DNA of 64,000 nucleotides from Bacteroidales bacterium (lineage in GTDB: Bacteria; Bacteroidota; Bacteroidia; Bacteroidales; 4484-276): assembly GCA_035647615.1 (NCBI GenBank), contig DASRND010000010.1, positions 8,619 through 72,618 on the forward strand, written 5' to 3'. Both the position numbers and the translations under genes were made by a program. The notes under the pieces are model-generated. The model searched no databases. It saw nothing but the letters and a program-made list of their open reading frames with translations, and had not been told where the DNA came from. Each line of letters opens with the position of its first letter. The stretch's first letter is position 1. Positions 1 to 7,507 of this stretch are shown piece by piece.

Positions 1-247
1 GCAGAATGCTGTGGAGGTCGGAAAAAAGCGGGTGATCTGTGTTGGCCTGAAACACTTTCTTTATGCCATCCTTACTGGAAGTGAGCAAGCCAGCTTTCTC
101 AAAACGGTTGAGCTCCAGCCGGATGGCATTGCTCGACTCACCAAATTCGGTGGCCAGCCCCCTCAGGTGCGCTTTTGCATTGGCATTCAGGAAAAACCTG
201 GTGATCAGCTTAATGCGTGTACGTGATGTAATCAGTGCGTCTATCAT
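1..247 (-). CDS. winged-helix (ArsR/MarR-like) transcriptional regulator, N-terminal part only; gene continues past window start
   Basis: Hand translation of the minus strand from ATG (247..245) gives MIDALITSRTRIKLITRFFLNANAKAHLRGLATEFGESSNAIRLELNRFEKAGLLTSSKDGIKKVFQANTDHPLFSDLHSIL, open to base 1. HTH-like core LRGLATEFGESSNAIRLELNRFEKAGLL. Missing from the ORF track because it is truncated. Confidence 0.6.
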   Translation of the reverse strand, partial: MIDALITSRTRIKLITRFFLNANAKAHLRGLATEFGESSNAIRLELNRFEKAGLLTSSKDGIKKVFQANTDHPLFSDLHSIL

Positions 248-389
248 GTGTTCCTTAAAACCGAGTAGCAAAACTACTCAACAATCTCTAACCACATAGA
301 AAAAAGAACAGTTATTTTTTGTTAATAACCGCTGCTATCCTACAAAGCATTGGTATTCAATGTGAATAAATCCTCGTGACAAACCCCAT

Positions 390-2309
390 TTATTTTAAAG
401 GAAAGATTTTTTCCTGCCGAAGGTAAGTCATGATGCGTTCTACATTTTCATCATCTCGTGGGTCCATAACCAAATGAGCATTTTCAGGGACATTATAATT
501 CGCATCAAGACCGGGCATATTTTCTATCTCCCCCCTGTCGGCTCTTTCCCAGAGTTTGGGTCGGTTTTCACGACCAAAATCCACGTCGGCATCCATGTAC
601 ACCAGATGAAATCTTTCCTGACCAATTATCTTCGCCACCTGCCGGCGAATGTTGTCGTCGGGCGAGATAAACGAGCAGAGTGTGATGATTCCCTGATCGT
701 TGAGCAAACGCGCCACGTGCGCCACGCGCCGCAGATGTTCGGCACGGTCGGAGGGTGAATAGTCGAGTTCGCGGGATAGTCCGGCGCGGATGGTGTTGCC
801 TTCGAGCAGCACCACAATAGCTCCTTCGTCGAAAAGGCGGCGCTCAAGGGTATAGGCAAGCCGGTTTTTGCCGCTGCCATGCAATCCAGTAATCCATACT
901 GTAGCACCTTTCTGATTGTAAAACCGGTCCCGCTCCTGCGAGGTGATGAGACATTCGCCATGCTCAATCTTCTCTATCTCCATGTCGGTGATGCGCAGCG
1001 AATTCTCGTCGGGCTTGCGCGCATCGATAATCATGCCCACGGCGCTGGTATTATTGGTAACAGGATCGATGAGCACAAATGAGCCTGTGCCATGATTCTT
1101 TTTGTAAGCGTCGAAGAACAAAGGCTTCGCGGTGGTGATGGCCACGCGTGCTATCTCATTCAGCGTAAGCTGTGTAGCCGGCGATTTTTCCAGCGTATTC
1201 ACATCGGTTTTGTAACGCACTGCGTCAATGCGGACGCGGGTGGTGGTGGTGGTATGTTTGATATAATATTGTGTGGCGGTGTCGAGCGGCTTCTCATCCA
1301 TCCATACCAGCATGGCTTCCTGGTGACGACCAATGAGTGGCAGATTGTCGGTATGCACAAGCATCTCGCCGCGTGAGATGTCTATTTCATCGGCGAGGGT
1401 CAGTGTAACCGACTGTGGTGGGAAAGCCATCTCCGGCTCACCGTCGTAGGTAACGATACGTTCCACCGTGCTGGTCTGCCGCGAGGGCAAGGCCATCACT
1501 GTGTCGCCTTTGCGCACGATACCGGAGGTAATACGTCCGGCAAATCCACGGAAAGTGAGCGTAGGGCGGTTTACGTATTGAACCGGCAACCTCAGGTCGC
1601 TGAAGTTGCGGTCGCTGCCAACATGTACCGTTTCAAGAAATTCGAGCAGACTTTTGCCATGATACCATGGCATCTTGTCGGTGATGTCCACCACGTTGTC
1701 GCCTTTAAGTGCCGATAGCGGGATAAAGTTTATATCGGGAATGTCGAGGCCGGTGATGAAGTTGCGGTAGTCGTTGCAGATGTTCTCAAACACCTCCTCG
1801 CTGTAGTCTGTCAGATCCATCTTATTAACCGCCAGCACCACGTGTTTTATCCCAAGAAGCGAGACGATAAAAGTATGCCGCCGCGTTTGCGTGATCACAC
1901 CTTTGCGTGCATCTATCAGGATGATGGCCAGGTTGGCGGTAGAGGCACCTGTAACCATGTTGCGGGTGTACTGCTCGTGGCCGGGTGTGTCGGCGATAAT
2001 AAACTTGCGCTTGTTGGTCGAGAAATAGCGATACGCCACGTCGATGGTAATGCCTTGTTCGCGTTCGGCTTTGAGACCGTCGAGCAACAGAGCGTAGTCG
2101 ATGTCGTCGCCGGCATGGCCGATGCGTTTGCTGTCGCGCTCCAGGGCCTGTAGATGATCTTCATAAAGCCGCTTGCTGTCGAAGAGCAACCGACCAATTA
2201 AAGTGCTTTTACCGTCATCAACCGAACCTGCCGTAAGAATACGCAGTAGATCCTTGTTTTGATCCTGATCGAGAAAGGCTTTGATATCAAGAGAGTGAGT
2301 TTGCTTCAT
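390..2309 (-). CDS. cysNC: sulfate adenylyltransferase subunit 1 (CysN GTPase) fused to a C-terminal APS-kinase-like domain
   Basis: ORF 390..2345. GTPase motifs [17 protein letters not shown] and NKMD are present. The C-terminal ~190 aa resemble APS kinase (FISP motif) but have altered catalytic motifs. Start placed at the MKQTHSL ATG (2309), because the upstream ORF extension lies in GC-rich repeat DNA. Confidence 0.9.
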   Translation of the reverse strand: MKQTHSLDIKAFLDQDQNKDLLRILTAGSVDDGKSTLIGRLLFDSKRLYEDHLQALERDSKRIGHAGDDIDYALLLDGLKAEREQGITIDVAYRYFSTNKRKFIIADTPGHEQYTRNMVTGASTANLAIILIDARKGVITQTRRHTFIVSLLGIKHVVLAVNKMDLTDYSEEVFENICNDYRNFITGLDIPDINFIPLSALKGDNVVDITDKMPWYHGKSLLEFLETVHVGSDRNFSDLRLPVQYVNRPTLTFRGFAGRITSGIVRKGDTVMALPSRQTSTVERIVTYDGEPEMAFPPQSVTLTLADEIDISRGEMLVHTDNLPLIGRHQEAMLVWMDEKPLDTATQYYIKHTTTTTRVRIDAVRYKTDVNTLEKSPATQLTLNEIARVAITTAKPLFFDAYKKNHGTGSFVLIDPVTNNTSAVGMIIDARKPDENSLRITDMEIEKIEHGECLITSQERDRFYNQKGATVWITGLHGSGKNRLAYTLERRLFDEGAIVVLLEGNTIRAGLSRELDYSPSDRAEHLRRVAHVARLLNDQGIITLCSFISPDDNIRRQVAKIIGQERFHLVYMDADVDFGRENRPKLWERADRGEIENMPGLDANYNVPENAHLVMDPRDDENVERIMTYLRQEKIFPLK

Positions 2310-2334
2310 GTTTTGAGAGTTTGTATTTGAAGTT

Positions 2335-2358
2335 GCATGGCGCATGGCGCATGGCGCG
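2335..2358. repeat. tandem heptamer GCATGGC x3 (member of the GC-rich GCGCC/GGCGC word family)
   Basis: Reads gcatggc gcatggc gcatggc gcg, 26 nt upstream of the cysNC start on the coding strand. Confidence 0.7.
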
Positions 2359-2374
2359 TGTTACGTAGCACAGA

Positions 2375-2440
2375 TTAGCTCATAGCTGAGCCATTTAAAT
2401 GCTTTGCAAATTAGTATTTCTTATTTTCGATAAAAGATCA
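2375..2440 (-). pseudogene. stump of a second four-helix-bundle gene (codons ~25-52 only, in-frame stops)
   Basis: Minus-strand ...gaaaataagaaatactaatttgcaaagcatttaaatggctcagctatgagctaa parallels the intact copy gaaaagaagaaatacaaatttgctgagcagttaaatgcggcagccatgagtatt (2750-2810) and the decayed copy at 6520-6560. Confidence 0.55.
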
Positions 2441-2525
2441 GTATGATTAAAAAACTAATAACTGTTAGCTTGCGACTCTTTGTATCATGCTCTATGCGCC
2501 AAGTGCCATGCTATCCAATCAAAAA

Positions 2526-2897
2526 TTATTTATCAATTGTTTTGAGGAGGGTTTTTCTGAAATTGGAAATCATGCTGCTTAGATGATTCAATTTTTCGAA
2601 ATGCTCCTCCTTAACTTCTTTGGGAATGTATCCTCTCATTAAAGTTATGGCGATAATATTGGCACATTCAAATGTTGATCGCCTTGCAATATTCAAAAAA
2701 TTAGCAAAATCCTTATCAGAATAAGAGCCGGAACCTTCGGCAATGTTATTCGTAATACTCATGGCTGCCGCATTTAACTGCTCAGCAAATTTGTATTTCT
2801 TCTTTTCGGTTAAAAGATCGGCAAGGTCGAAAAGCTGATTTGAAATTTCGCTGGCAAATTTCCATATTTCCAGTTGTTCAAATCTAAATCTTATCAT
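2526..2897 (-). CDS. four-helix-bundle protein (23S rRNA intervening-sequence protein / DGR Avd-like family)
   Basis: 123-aa ORF MIRFRFEQLEIWKFASEISNQLFDL...NNIAEGSGSYSDKDFANFLNIARRSTFECANII. The family is recognised from the F.FE.L.VW... start and the twin AEG / ARRS..E helices. Confidence 0.8.
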   Translation of the reverse strand: MIRFRFEQLEIWKFASEISNQLFDLADLLTEKKKYKFAEQLNAAAMSITNNIAEGSGSYSDKDFANFLNIARRSTFECANIIAITLMRGYIPKEVKEEHFEKLNHLSSMISNFRKTLLKTIDK

Positions 2898-3001
2898 AGG
2901 GATATTTGTATTTTATACATTCTTTTATCTTTTGTAAAACCAATGACGCACCTGCCGTTCCTTGCTCTAATTGTATTGCTCTACACACCCTGGGTCTTGT
3001 T

Positions 3002-3028
3002 CCAAGCTCTCCGCGCCTTGCGCCCTGC
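3002..3028. repeat. GC-rich word repeat (ccaagctctccgcgccttgcgccctgc) abutting the cysD stop codon
   Basis: On the minus strand this is gcagggcgcaaggcgcggagagcttgg. The same string recurs at 6686-6781 and similar strings at 6411-6460, 36503-36551 and 54874-54908. Confidence 0.7.
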
Positions 3029-3936
3029 TAAAAATATCCTTCCCTCTTCTTTTGCTCCATGCTGCCGTCCTGGTCGAAGTCGATGACGCGGGTGGTGCGT
3101 TCGCTTACGGTGGTGGTCATCATCTCTTCGACGATCTTTTCGATGGTGTCGGCTTCCGACTCGATGGCGCCGGTGAGCGGGTAGCATCCGAGGGTGCGAA
3201 AGCGTACCATCTTCATCTCTGCCTTAGCAGCAAGTTCGGGCGGCATGCGGTCGTCGTCCACGAGCACCCAGGCATCGTTGTATTTCACCACAGGCCGCTT
3301 TTTAGCATAGTAAAGGGGCACGATGGGAATTTTCTCCAGCCGGATGTATTGCCAGATGTCGAGTTCTGTCCAGTTGGAGAGCGGGAATACACGTATCGAC
3401 TCGCCTTTGTGAATGCGGGTATTGTAGATATTCCAAAGCTCCGGTCGCTGGCTTTTGGGCTCCCACTGGTGATACTGATCGCGGAAGCTAAAGATACGTT
3501 CTTTGGCGCGCGACTTCTCCTCATCGCGACGGGCGCCACCAAATGCTGCATCGAAACCATATTTGGTAAGTCCTTCCAGCAGCGCCTCTGTCTTCATAAT
3601 ATCGGTGTGTACCTTGCTGCCATGAGTAAAAGGTCCTACCCCACTCTCGAAAGCGGCTTTGTTGTAATGCACGATCAGATCCCAGCCTTTCTCGAGCGTG
3701 TAGTTCTCGCGAAAGGTGATCATCTCCGAAAACTTCCATTTGGAATCGATGTGCATCAATGGGAAAGGCACCTTGCCGGGATAGAAAGCTTTCTCAGCCA
3801 GACGCACCATCACGGAGGAGTCCTTGCCAATAGAATAAAGCATTACCGGGTTTTGAAATTCGGCAGCCACCTCGCGGATGATGTGGATGGCTTCCGCTTC
3901 GAGTTCCTGCAGGTGTGTTAGTTTATATCCGTTCAT
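3028..3936 (-). CDS. cysD: sulfate adenylyltransferase subunit 2
   Basis: 302-aa ORF with a PAPS-reductase-fold N-terminus ([11 protein letters not shown]) and C-terminal ...[17 protein letters not shown], typical of CysD. Overlaps cysC by 14 nt. Confidence 0.95.
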   Translation of the reverse strand: MNGYKLTHLQELEAEAIHIIREVAAEFQNPVMLYSIGKDSSVMVRLAEKAFYPGKVPFPLMHIDSKWKFSEMITFRENYTLEKGWDLIVHYNKAAFESGVGPFTHGSKVHTDIMKTEALLEGLTKYGFDAAFGGARRDEEKSRAKERIFSFRDQYHQWEPKSQRPELWNIYNTRIHKGESIRVFPLSNWTELDIWQYIRLEKIPIVPLYYAKKRPVVKYNDAWVLVDDDRMPPELAAKAEMKMVRFRTLGCYPLTGAIESEADTIEKIVEEMMTTTVSERTTRVIDFDQDGSMEQKKREGYF

Positions 3937-4501
3937 GTTGATAAGTTATTTCAGGTAAGATGATGGTCATAATTTTGTCGATGCTTTGCGCAATGGTAAA
4001 TTGACTGGTGTCGATGGCGAGGGCAGCTTGCTCTGGTGGCTCAAAAGGAGCATCCACACCGGTAAAGTTTTTGATAAGCCCTGCGCGGGCATCTTTGTAA
4101 AAGCCTTTGGGATCGCGCTTTTCGCAAATTTCGATGGGTGTACTTACGTAGATTTCTATAAAATCGGCCCTGCCGATGATCTGGCGTGCCATCCGGCGTA
4201 TTGCCCGGGTAGGACTGATAAAGCTGTTGATGGTAATTACTCCGCTACGAACCAGGAGTTTAGAAACCTCGGCAATGCGGCGGATGTTTTCAGTGCGGTC
4301 CTGTATGGTAAAACACAGGTTGCTGTTGATGCCTTTGCGGATGATGTCGCCGTCGAGCACCTGCGTCAGGTGACCTTTCTCATAAAGCCGCTTCTCAAGA
4401 GCCAGGGCAAGCGTGGTTTTTCCGGCTCCCGGCAAACCCGTAAACCAGACAACCCTCGAATGCTGGTGCAACAACTGCTCCTTTTCGGCACGGGTGATCA
4501 A
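3923..4501 (-). CDS. cysC: adenylyl-sulfate (APS) kinase, canonical motifs
   Basis: 192-aa ORF with Walker [10 protein letters not shown] plus LDGDIIR, FISP and [13 protein letters not shown]...NFTGVD. Confidence 0.9.
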   Translation of the reverse strand: MITRAEKEQLLHQHSRVVWFTGLPGAGKTTLALALEKRLYEKGHLTQVLDGDIIRKGINSNLCFTIQDRTENIRRIAEVSKLLVRSGVITINSFISPTRAIRRMARQIIGRADFIEIYVSTPIEICEKRDPKGFYKDARAGLIKNFTGVDAPFEPPEQAALAIDTSQFTIAQSIDKIMTIILPEITYQHERI

Positions 4502-4520
4502 AATGTTCGTTGTTTGTTGT

Positions 4521-4560
4521 TCCCTTCGACTACGCTGGTTTCGACAAGCTCAACCACCAC
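4521..4560. repeat. dispersed repeat TCCCTTCGACTACGCTGGTTTCGAC..CTCAACCACCAC
   Basis: The same words recur, expanded, at 39691..39780. Inverted relatives at 36286..36309 and 36402..36442. Confidence 0.75.
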
Positions 4561-4570
4561 AGGACAGGTG

Positions 4571-4605
4571 TTGTTTGTTGTTCGTTGTTCGTTGTTCGTT
4601 GTTTG
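4571..4605. repeat. tandem TTCGTTGTT-type word repeat
   Basis: Reads ttgtttgttgttcgttgttcgttgttcgttgtttg. A related array (cgttattcgttatttgttattcgttatttg) lies at 29701..29740. Confidence 0.7.
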
Positions 4606-4616
4606 TCTTAATTTCA

Positions 4617-6395
4617 TCAAAAGAACACCGCATACACGATCCCGACCGAAACCACCATATACAATAGCGTAAGCGGAAAGCCAATCCTGAAAAAGTCGTG
4701 GAACGTGTAGCCTCCGGGACCATACACCATCAGGTTGGTTTGATAACCGATAGGTGTGAGAAAACTGGCCGCTGCCGCGTAGGTCATTATGAGTACCAGC
4801 GGCATCGGGTTGACGTTCATCTTTATAGAAATGGTAAGCATGATTGGAAAAAGAATAGCAACTGCTGCCTTATTGTTAATATAGGCGCTAAGGACTGCCG
4901 AAATGATATAAATGCCAAAAAGTATGGTTAATGTCCCAAAAGGCATCAGGATATCGACCAGGAAATACCCAATATGGCTGGCCACACCCGACTTGAGCAT
5001 AGCAATGCCCAGTGCCAGGGACATAGCGATGATGATGGCCAGGTTGAAATCGACCGTCTTTGGAAGATCCTTGGGGTTGATGAGTTTGATAAGTAGCACG
5101 ATGGTGATGAGGATGGCAAGCGAAAGAAACAACGATACCAATTTGGTAGCTGAGAGAAAAACAGCAAGCATTAGTCCGCCAATGAGCAGCACCGATTCGT
5201 AAGGCTTGGTGCGGCGGTAATCTTTTACACGTGAAATGAGATAAAAATCCTGTGTGTTCATGCTGAGCTTATTAAAGTCGTTGCCTGCTATGAGTAGCAA
5301 TACGTCGCCGGGGCGCAGTTTCACGTTTCCAAGCTTTCCGGCAATACGCTCGCCATTGCGATGCAGCGCCACGACGGCAGCATCGTATTTACTGCGAATC
5401 ATGGCTTCTTTTACCGTGTTGCCGGCAAGGTTGGAGTTGTGTGATATCACCACCTCGATGGCCTCTGTATGATCTTTTCGGCGGTACATCCCAAGCTCTG
5501 AAAGCTCAAGGCCTGAGCGCGTTTTTACCAGTTCCGCAATGGTGTTGGTATCGCCGGCAAAAACCAGCACGTCGTCCTTTTGCAATATCTCGTTGGGATT
5601 GACAGGGCGCAGCCGCGTGTCACCACGGATTATCTCGGCCAGAAACAGCCCATTAAGACTTCGCAGCTCTGCTTGTTTTACACTTTTCCCGGGAAGCGAC
5701 GATTCGCTGCGGATGCGTGTCTCCACCAGATAACGACGCGTGTTTTCCACAAAGTCGTCCATCACATCGCGCCGCGAAGGCAAAAGCTTGTTGCTGAAAA
5801 ATATCAAAAACAGCGAGCCTAGGACGATCATCGGTAAACCCGCCCAGGCAAAATCAAAAATATCAAATGTCGAAAAGCCGGGAATCACCGTTTGTGCCTG
5901 TATCAGTCCATTCACAATAAGGTTGGTGCTGGTGCCAATAAGCGTAGCTGTTCCTCCCAAAATGGCAGCGTACGAAAGCGGTATGAGCAACTTGGATGGG
6001 CTCACCTTGTTGCGCTGGCTCCATGTATTTACATAAGGCATCAGAATAGCTACCAGCGGAGTATTGTTTAAAAATGCCGAGAGGGTAGAGACACTCAGCA
6101 CCATGCGCGTCAAAAAACTACGGTAGGTTTTGGCGCGCTTAAAGAAGTAATCAAAAAATCCTTCGAGCACACCGGTATTTCTTATCATCTCACCAATCAT
6201 CAACAACATGAGAACGATCAAAATCTGCTCATTGGCAAACCCGCTTAATATTTCGGCGGGCGTGAGGATGCCAAACATACCAAGCACCAGAATACCGGCG
6301 ATGAAAGTATAAGCAGGCCCTATCAATCCCGTGTACAACGACACGATGATGAAGATGATGACTGCCAGAACGATGATGCCTTCGAAGGTTAGCAT
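4617..6395 (-). CDS. SLC13/DASS-family anion permease with two central TrkA-C (RCK-C) domains; likely sulfate uptake given its operon context
   Basis: ORF 4617..6431 is polytopic, with a soluble insert (GKSVKQAELRSLNGLFLAEIIRGD... and ...NTVKEAMIRSKYDAAVVALHRNGERI...) typical of TrkA-C pairs. Start moved to MLTFEGII (6395) because the upstream codons lie in the GC-rich repeat. Confidence 0.85.
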   Translation of the reverse strand: MLTFEGIIVLAVIIFIIVSLYTGLIGPAYTFIAGILVLGMFGILTPAEILSGFANEQILIVLMLLMIGEMIRNTGVLEGFFDYFFKRAKTYRSFLTRMVLSVSTLSAFLNNTPLVAILMPYVNTWSQRNKVSPSKLLIPLSYAAILGGTATLIGTSTNLIVNGLIQAQTVIPGFSTFDIFDFAWAGLPMIVLGSLFLIFFSNKLLPSRRDVMDDFVENTRRYLVETRIRSESSLPGKSVKQAELRSLNGLFLAEIIRGDTRLRPVNPNEILQKDDVLVFAGDTNTIAELVKTRSGLELSELGMYRRKDHTEAIEVVISHNSNLAGNTVKEAMIRSKYDAAVVALHRNGERIAGKLGNVKLRPGDVLLLIAGNDFNKLSMNTQDFYLISRVKDYRRTKPYESVLLIGGLMLAVFLSATKLVSLFLSLAILITIVLLIKLINPKDLPKTVDFNLAIIIAMSLALGIAMLKSGVASHIGYFLVDILMPFGTLTILFGIYIISAVLSAYINNKAAVAILFPIMLTISIKMNVNPMPLVLIMTYAAAASFLTPIGYQTNLMVYGPGGYTFHDFFRIGFPLTLLYMVVSVGIVYAVFF

Positions 6396-6410
6396 TGATA
6401 CTGTTGGTTG

Positions 6411-6460
6411 GGCGCAAGGCGCGGGGCGCAAGGCGCAGGGCGCAAGGTAGAGTGCATGGC
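6411..6460. repeat. GC-rich word array (ggcgcaaggcgcggggcgcaaggcgcagggcgcaagg...)
   Basis: Direct reading. Same word family as 3002..3028 and 6686..6781. Confidence 0.75.
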
Positions 6461-6519
6461 TAAACGTGAAATGCCTATGATAAACGGCGTGGGATACAAG
6501 TAACTCATGGCTACTCGTT

Positions 6520-6643
6520 TAAATACTTTGCAAATTAGTACTTCTTCTTTTTCATTTAAAAGATCATCAAGATCAAAAAGCTGATTGCTAATTTCAATAG
6601 CGAATTCCCAAATTTCCAGTTGTTCAAACCTAAATTTTGTCAT
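6520..6643 (-). pseudogene. decayed four-helix-bundle gene (intact for ~33 codons, then frameshifted and truncated)
   Basis: ORF 6389..6643 starts MTKFRFEQLEIWEFAIEISNQLFDLDDLLNEKEE, compared with MIRFRFEQLEIWKFASEISNQLFDLADLLTEKKK in the intact copy. It then loses frame and runs into repeat-encoded APCA/LRPA text. Confidence 0.7.
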
Positions 6644-6685
6644 AGGGTTTTTAAACTAGTCAACCATGTTTTAATCTTTTGTTCT

Positions 6686-6781
6686 ACGCGCCAATCTCTT
6701 TGCGCCAAGCTCTTTGCGCCATGCTCTTTGCTCTCCGCGCCATGCTCTTTGCTCTCCGCGCCTTGCGCCCTGCGCCCTGCC
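6686..6781. repeat. GC-rich word array (ctctttgcgccaagctctttgcgccatgctctttgctctccgcgcc x2 ...ttgcgccctgcgccctgc)
   Basis: Direct reading. Internal ~24-nt duplication catgctctttgctctccgcgcc. Lies between the upxY stop and the decayed cassette. Confidence 0.8.
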
Positions 6782-7323
6782 TATTGCTTTGTTCGCACCT
6801 GACCGCGGTCTAACTCGGCCACCACCGACACACCCATCTGCTCGATCTGTAGCACCAGCTTGGTTTTGCCCACCCGAAGCACCTTTCCGTAAACGCCTTC
6901 CAGCGGCCCGCCGGCAATCTCTACATCCTGTCCGGCCTCCACTTTTATGCGATAGCCCTGGGTTTTGTTGAGAAACTTTTCGATGGCATCAATCTCTTTC
7001 TGACGAACAACAGCCGGCTTGCCCAAAAAAAATAAAAACCGAACTACTCCCTGAACCTGCAACACATTATAACGCTCACGTTCTGTTACTTTCACAAATA
7101 CATAGGAGTTGAACAAAGGCAGCTCCACCTTTTTGCGGCGGTCTTTCCATTGGCGCAGCGTGGTGTAAAGTGGAAGATAGCTATGAATACCACTTTCGCA
7201 AAGCCGCTCGTGTACCCGTTTTTCGGCGCGCGGCGCAGTGTATATCACGAGCCACTTAGCCACAGGTTTTTGAGCCGGTTTGGTAACTTTTACTACCCTG
7301 TATTCAATTCTTGGAACATCCAT
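6781..7323 (-). CDS. UpxY-family (NusG-like, KOW-containing) transcription antiterminator
   Basis: 180 aa. KWLVIYTAPRAEKRVHERLCESGIHSYLPL...LFNSYVFVKV (NusG N-terminal domain) plus GQDVEIAGGPLEGVYGKVLRVGK (KOW). Confidence 0.85.
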   Translation of the reverse strand: MDVPRIEYRVVKVTKPAQKPVAKWLVIYTAPRAEKRVHERLCESGIHSYLPLYTTLRQWKDRRKKVELPLFNSYVFVKVTERERYNVLQVQGVVRFLFFLGKPAVVRQKEIDAIEKFLNKTQGYRIKVEAGQDVEIAGGPLEGVYGKVLRVGKTKLVLQIEQMGVSVVAELDRGQVRTKQ

Positions 7324-7459
7324 GCTGTTAGTAGCTTACCTGTCTGTCCATACTGATACAGCTTCGCCAGGTCAGTTACATTTTTGTCATGTAAAGAGTT
7401 GATAATCTGTTATATAAAAAAATCACTTTACAACCTAAAAAACGCTGCAAAGTGAGTAA

Positions 7460-7467
7460 CAAAACTA
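7460..7467 (-). promoter_or_regulatory. candidate Bacteroidota -7 promoter box (TAGTTTTG on the minus strand) inside a 19-nt palindromic box
   Basis: Matches TAnnTTTG, 137 nt upstream of the upxY ATG. The 19-mer GAGTAACAAAACTACTCAA (7454..7472) recurs at 263..281. Confidence 0.4.
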
Positions 7468-7507
7468 CTCAAAAAATTTAATCTGCAATTTTTCAAAGTG
7501 AGAAAGA

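Noticed and set aside
2400-2420. tactaatttgcaaag in the cassette stumps as an outward-facing promoter for cysN and the permease
   Set aside because: On checking, the sequence has TA-n-TTTG spacing and so does not fit TAnnTTTG. The conservation is explained by homology to the coding sequence of the four-helix-bundle gene.
2526-2897. Possible diversity-generating retroelement, because the four-helix-bundle protein resembles Avd
   Set aside because: There is no reverse transcriptase ORF anywhere in the 64 kb. I found no template/variable repeat pair with adenine-specific differences. The repeats in the giant genes differ at all base types.
2971-3921. 316-aa plus-strand ORF covering the cysD region
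   Set aside because: It is antisense to a textbook cysD ORF. Its translation is low-complexity and rich in Gly/Ala/Val/His with no recognisable motif. This is a typical shadow ORF in GC-rich coding DNA.
6411-6781. Possible CRISPR array suggested by many short direct repeats
   Set aside because: The units are degenerate and of variable length (7-24 nt). They abut one another with no unique spacers of constant size. No cas genes are in the window.
6620-6971. ORFs 6620..6802 and 6714..6971 (+), plus 4413..4667, 36106..36444 and 39455..39889
   Set aside because: These are translations of the GC-rich and other word repeats (APCA/LRPA, SLFVVRCSLFV and VETSVVE text). One of them runs across a tRNA gene. 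They are not genes.
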